A DNA stretch of 55,336 bases, the filler included, from Dirinaria sp. TL-2023a (taxonomy: Eukaryota), in assembly GCA_051941275.1 (NCBI GenBank). It is 4 parts of 4 records of this genome, joined end to end, with 100 filler letters (N's around TTAATTAATTAA, not from the genome) between each part and the next. Parts side by side here need not be neighbours in the genome. Positions count along the whole stretch, not along the records: positions 41,589 to 55,336 come from JAVEBF010000660.1; 3 more parts are not named here. One strand, given 5' to 3'. Positions 51,001 through 55,336 of the stretch are shown here, in pieces. The translations under genes were made by a program, and so were the position numbers. The stretch's first letter is position 1. The number at the start of each line of letters is the position of its first letter. A model generated the notes under the pieces. That model did no database searches and was not told the origin of the DNA. It worked only from the letters and a program-made list of their open reading frames with translations.

Positions 51001-54000
51001 ATGCATTTGCCTCAGACTCCCCCATCTGAAGGTCCCAGGACGGGGCAATCAGACTGGCTTCCGGCTCCGCCGGTGATTGATGATCATGAATCTCTCACTT
51101 TCCTTTGCGCTGATCTCTCCACATATTTCATTGATGTAATCCAGGCTCCCCATACTTTTGAGCAGCTACGGACCGCTTCCGTGGGGCACATACTGAAGCC
51201 TTTGATTACTTCGCTGTCTGATAGCTGCCATCATTTGGAAATAGTCTCCGCTCTACTGTCAGTCACCTTCCGGGACGCAAATATGCAGCACAGCTAAGGC
51301 CTGGCAGAATCCTCAAATGGCATTTTAATAATATAGAGAACGACGACCGTGGCATCTGGGAAGCTAGGGGATTCGCGTGCGAGATCATTGCTTGGAGATT
51401 CCTGACATACCTGTCTGAAAAGGAAGCGATTGACTACTTACTTCACGAGTTGCCTTCGCCTGATGGCAGCGTGGCTGAATCTCTGGATGGTGACGATGAT
51501 GCTGAGTCTGGCTTCGCTCGCTTATCTACCAAAGACCGGGATACAGATGAGAATTCTCCATTACTTCGAAACCAGATCAAGGTCTCCAAGCGGCCTGGTC
51601 TCGGCCAATTCGATAGCCAGCATCACAGGCGAGCAACCGACCTAGAGGAGCAAGATCCCACGGTCTCCTTCGTCGGTCTTAATGCATTGGAGATTGCAGC
51701 GATAGCAGATGCCAAAAAATTTCTCAGCCAACGAGTCATCCAGAAAATCGTAGATGACATATGGTATGCTTTTTCCAACCGATTGATTCCTGAGTCACTT
51801 CGCGTTTTGGGGTGATGAAGGGTTCTCTAGGAGCAGTACGGGAGCACCATCATGCCTCCAATCCGAATAGTCGTATGCAAATGCTGATCTGGAAATATTG
51901 GTTAGGTCTGGTAACATCGTTTTCTGGGACTCCCTCGGTACGGATACGCAGAAAAGAGCTCAAATATACAACCAGCGGTACGTCATACGTAGGATCAGCC
52001 CTGTTCCACCCGTCCCCACCCGTAACACAATCTTTGTGTGCTCCTATCATACTTGAAACCAAAATTATACTGCAATGGCGGATGGATGGGGGATATGTCG
52101 TGTGATCTGGCGATCACTCAATCATCACCGGATGGCGGGAAAGCCATGTTCGATTTCTCTTTTCTTTTTTTCTTCGATACTTTTTCTTCAGGGACGTATT
52201 AGCCAGCGTCTGTCGTTACACACGGCGGCTGCTCCGCGCCCACGATATAACGGCTGCTCAGCAAAACCAACAAATGTTTCAGCAGTCTACGTGTTCGAGC
52301 ATTAGGAGCTTAGAAGCTGCTACTTTTTCTTTCTTTCTTTTTTTTTCTTCTTTTTTTGAAAATATGCTAACGCCTCAACAGACGTACAGACGTTTACTGT
52401 AGGCTTAGAGTTCCCAAATATCAGAAAGCCTTCGAGTCATTATTTTTCGCCATCTTCCTTGCCCTGTATTACGCGGTTTTGGTCGAGCGGAACACACGGA
52501 CAATCACAGCCACCGAGGTTTTATTGTACATCTGGATAGCAGCCTTTGCATGTGACGAATTTGGCGAATTTCAGGATGCGGGGACACTGTTCTACGCAGC
52601 CGACTTCTGGAGCTTGTGGGATGTTATTGTCATTGCCATAGGATTCGCTTTCTTCATAGCCCGTAAGTATCGTGTATCGTCGCGGTTCATTCACCGCTTG
52701 CGGCTTTTGAAGTCTTGAAGCTCCAACGGCAAGGCTGACAATTGGTCACGGCAGGAATTGTGGGCTTGTCCAAGGATAGTGATTATGTCATTGACATCTC
52801 CTTCGACATCCTCTCGCTTGCGGCGCTTTTCCTCGTGCCTAGAATATGTGCATTGCTGAGTCTGTTGCCCTTCTTTGGAACGTTGGTGAGTGGGTATCTG
52901 AGAACGGCCGGCTGTTGCCAATAGAACTGACTGAGCGGGGATAGATACCATGCTTGAAGGAAATGGTACTACCACATAGTCTACTCCCAAGGTTGATTCG
53001 GGTCAGGTATGAGGCTAATCGCAACAAACGCTGCAGACCAAAGACTTCGTCAAATTCCTTGGAATAGTCGTCATCCTCTTCTTCGGTATACTGCGGCCCC
53101 AGACTGAATTTGGTTCTTGCTAAAGCTGTAGCACAAGGCTTCCTGACCACGTTCACCATGTTAGCGCGGGACTCGTTCAAAGCGACGGAAATTTGGTGGA
53201 CTATGATCAATGTTTTTTTTGGGTGAGGCTTGGACCGGCCACGGGGCAAGCTCAGAACATGGTGGCTAATCATGTTCGATGCTATCTTAGGTCGCCTTCT
53301 CTGGGCTTCGTACGTGATGCCCCCACGGAATCCTCCCAGATAAAGAGTGCGGGATTAATTTGGAGAGCATCACATCACTGACCGAGTTGGTGATTGGGAT
53401 TGTGGGTGGGCAGGACATTGCGTCGAAAGTATGTACAAAGTCGGCGCAGGCGCGTCTTCTGTTGCCGCCCGACCCCTGTTGTGTGGCAAATCCAAGAGCT
53501 GATTGGCCAATGGCTCCAGATATCGCCTGCGCTAGGGCCTACGGTATGCTTGGCGCTCCCGACCTGCATGAAAGTGCAGTCACTTGTCACTTGCTCCCAC
53601 CACCGTCCAATACTAATGAATTCCGCCCAAGCTTATGCTCGCCTTCGTCATCTTAACAAACATCCTTCTACTCACCTCACTGATTGCTATTCTGAGTAAT
53701 AGTCTGGCTAAGGTACGTGTAATCATACCCTCTCTACCGGTAATAAACCACCCTCCGGTACTGTTCATGGCAGTGCTTGGGGGGTACCCTCGGTGTAGCG
53801 ACGATAATGGCTTGTCAAACATGACCACGTTGCTGATAATCGAAAGTAGGTTATGGACCATGCTCGGGAGGAATACCTCTTTCAGTGAGTTGGATATCCT
53901 ACCCCCAACGTCAATTCAAGTCGCCGTACGTTGAAAGCGTCGCAGATATTCAGTGTTTGTACTCGAGGTTTGCTAGCCTTGCACGCAACAACCAGAACAG

Positions 54001-54700
54001 ATGACTGAAGCAACCGCAGGCTTCCGCCTCACGGCGTTTGACCTATTTCTTTCCCCCTTCGGTGAGTGGACTTTTAACTCCCTTGTGAACACCGCCAGCC
54101 GCTACCAGCAGCTTCAAGCAAGGCAGACAAGACCATCCACGGGGTTAGCAGTGTATTGGCGGAGGACCTGAGAAGGCTTGGGGCTGATACTTTCATTTCC
54201 AGAATCTGGTGGCGCTAACCCTCTTCCGCCCTTTTCGATTGTTTATGACTGGTGTTGAGCTACGCCGTGCTAGGATTGTACTCCTCAAGGCAACCCATTG
54301 GCCTTACGTTGCCGCGATATACGCTTTTGAAAGCGTAAAGCAACGACTCAATCTAGGCAGCCAGGAAGAAGGTTTATATGCATCGAGGTCTCGATCGCAT
54401 AAGCGTCCTTTGCTAGCTGGTCGCAATCACTCTTCACCTAAGATCGCGCGGTACCCTGGGCTCAGAAACAGGTCTGAGGCATCATTGACTTCGAGACTGA
54501 CGACGGCCGACGGGCACGTGAGACATGTCAAGGATACCGAATGTTTGAGCGAGATCAAGCAGGTGAAAGAGATAGTACAAAAGCTAAGTATGCAGGATAC
54601 AGTTGAGGAACGATTACGGACGCAAGAGGAGATGATAGAGAGACTCAGCACGCAACTAGGGGAGTTGACTCGGCGGTTGGCGAAACCAGGGAGTACGTGA
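51001..54700 (+). CDS. YVC1: YVC1/TRPY-like vacuolar cation (Ca2+) channel, about 16 exons
   Basis: PHTFEQLRT, EARGFACEIIAWRFL, LNALEIAAIADAKKFLSQ, IVFWDSL, RLRVPKYQ, LFLVPRICALLSL.PFFGTL|IPCLKEM|TKDFVKF, TNILLLTSLIAILSNSL, HAREEYLF and a C-terminal coiled coil. The start codon is uncertain. Confidence 0.9.
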
Positions 54701-55336
54701 ACGGTGACAGTATTGGTGCGTTAGCAGAGCAGTGCGAAGGAGCGCATGAAGGGAATGTGTGTGTGTACCTCAGGTACTGCTGTAGATTTCTGAAGCGTGT
54801 TTTAGGACTGCACCTAGGGCTGTATCTGGCAGACCAGACCTATTGCAGATTAGCGCGTCATCGGGCACTACCAATTCCCACGTTTCAGGCATGTGCACAA
54901 CTCTGTTGCACATCTCCGATCGGCGCTGCACAATTAAAGTAAGTTCGCACATGGGCTACCAGGAAGCAGAGTGGACGATCCATGGTGGAAGATCCACGGT
55001 GGAAGCTTTCCACAACCATCCATTGGACCGCAGAGTCGGGTCCGAGGTAAGTACGGTAGTATCATTTATTCCGTTTGCTTAAGGAATATTGTCTTGAAAC
55101 CATGCGCCAATTCCTGCCAAGTGCAAGTTGTGGGCAGACAAATCCCATACAACTGCGACGTCACCAGTGTATGAGATGGAGGTGTACAGTAAGTACATAC
55201 AGTAGTCATGGGTCGCAAAAATGGAAGCTGTCGATGCTGCAAGAAACTCATTATTATCCTCGCTCAAGCAAATGGGTGTCAACGACAAATCGTGGTGGCT
55301 GCGCCTTGATTCCTTTTTATTATTATTATTCCGGTG

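Overview
Eukaryotic genomic DNA from a filamentous ascomycete (Pezizomycotina, probably Eurotiomycetes-like), with short GT-AG introns and CTRAC/CTAAT branch sites. The window is four contigs joined by three artificial 100-nt spacers (N44-TTAATTAATTAA-N44), so adjacency across 13768-13867, 27632-27731 and 41489-41588 is unproven. Contig 1 carries the divergent fatty acid synthase beta/alpha pair. Contig 2 is accessory-looking: an SDR, a P450 pseudogene, an AT-rich relic, a modin-like pseudogene, two membrane proteins, a PGR-type oxidoreductase and DUF1275. Contig 3 has a PTH11-like receptor, a DUF6594 gene head-to-head with a small spliced gene, NOC2, a degenerate LOV/PAS protein and L-arabinitol dehydrogenase. 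Contig 4 has a GPI protein, a Ura1-like flavoprotein, PI31, a GH72 glucanosyltransferase and a YVC1-type TRP channel. The best leads are the DUF6594 plus small SH3-like gene pair (whose small gene has two homologous 52-nt introns), a LOV-like protein without its flavin-binding motif, and a probable dihydrouracil oxidase. All family calls come from motif recognition and manual splicing; no database searches were run.
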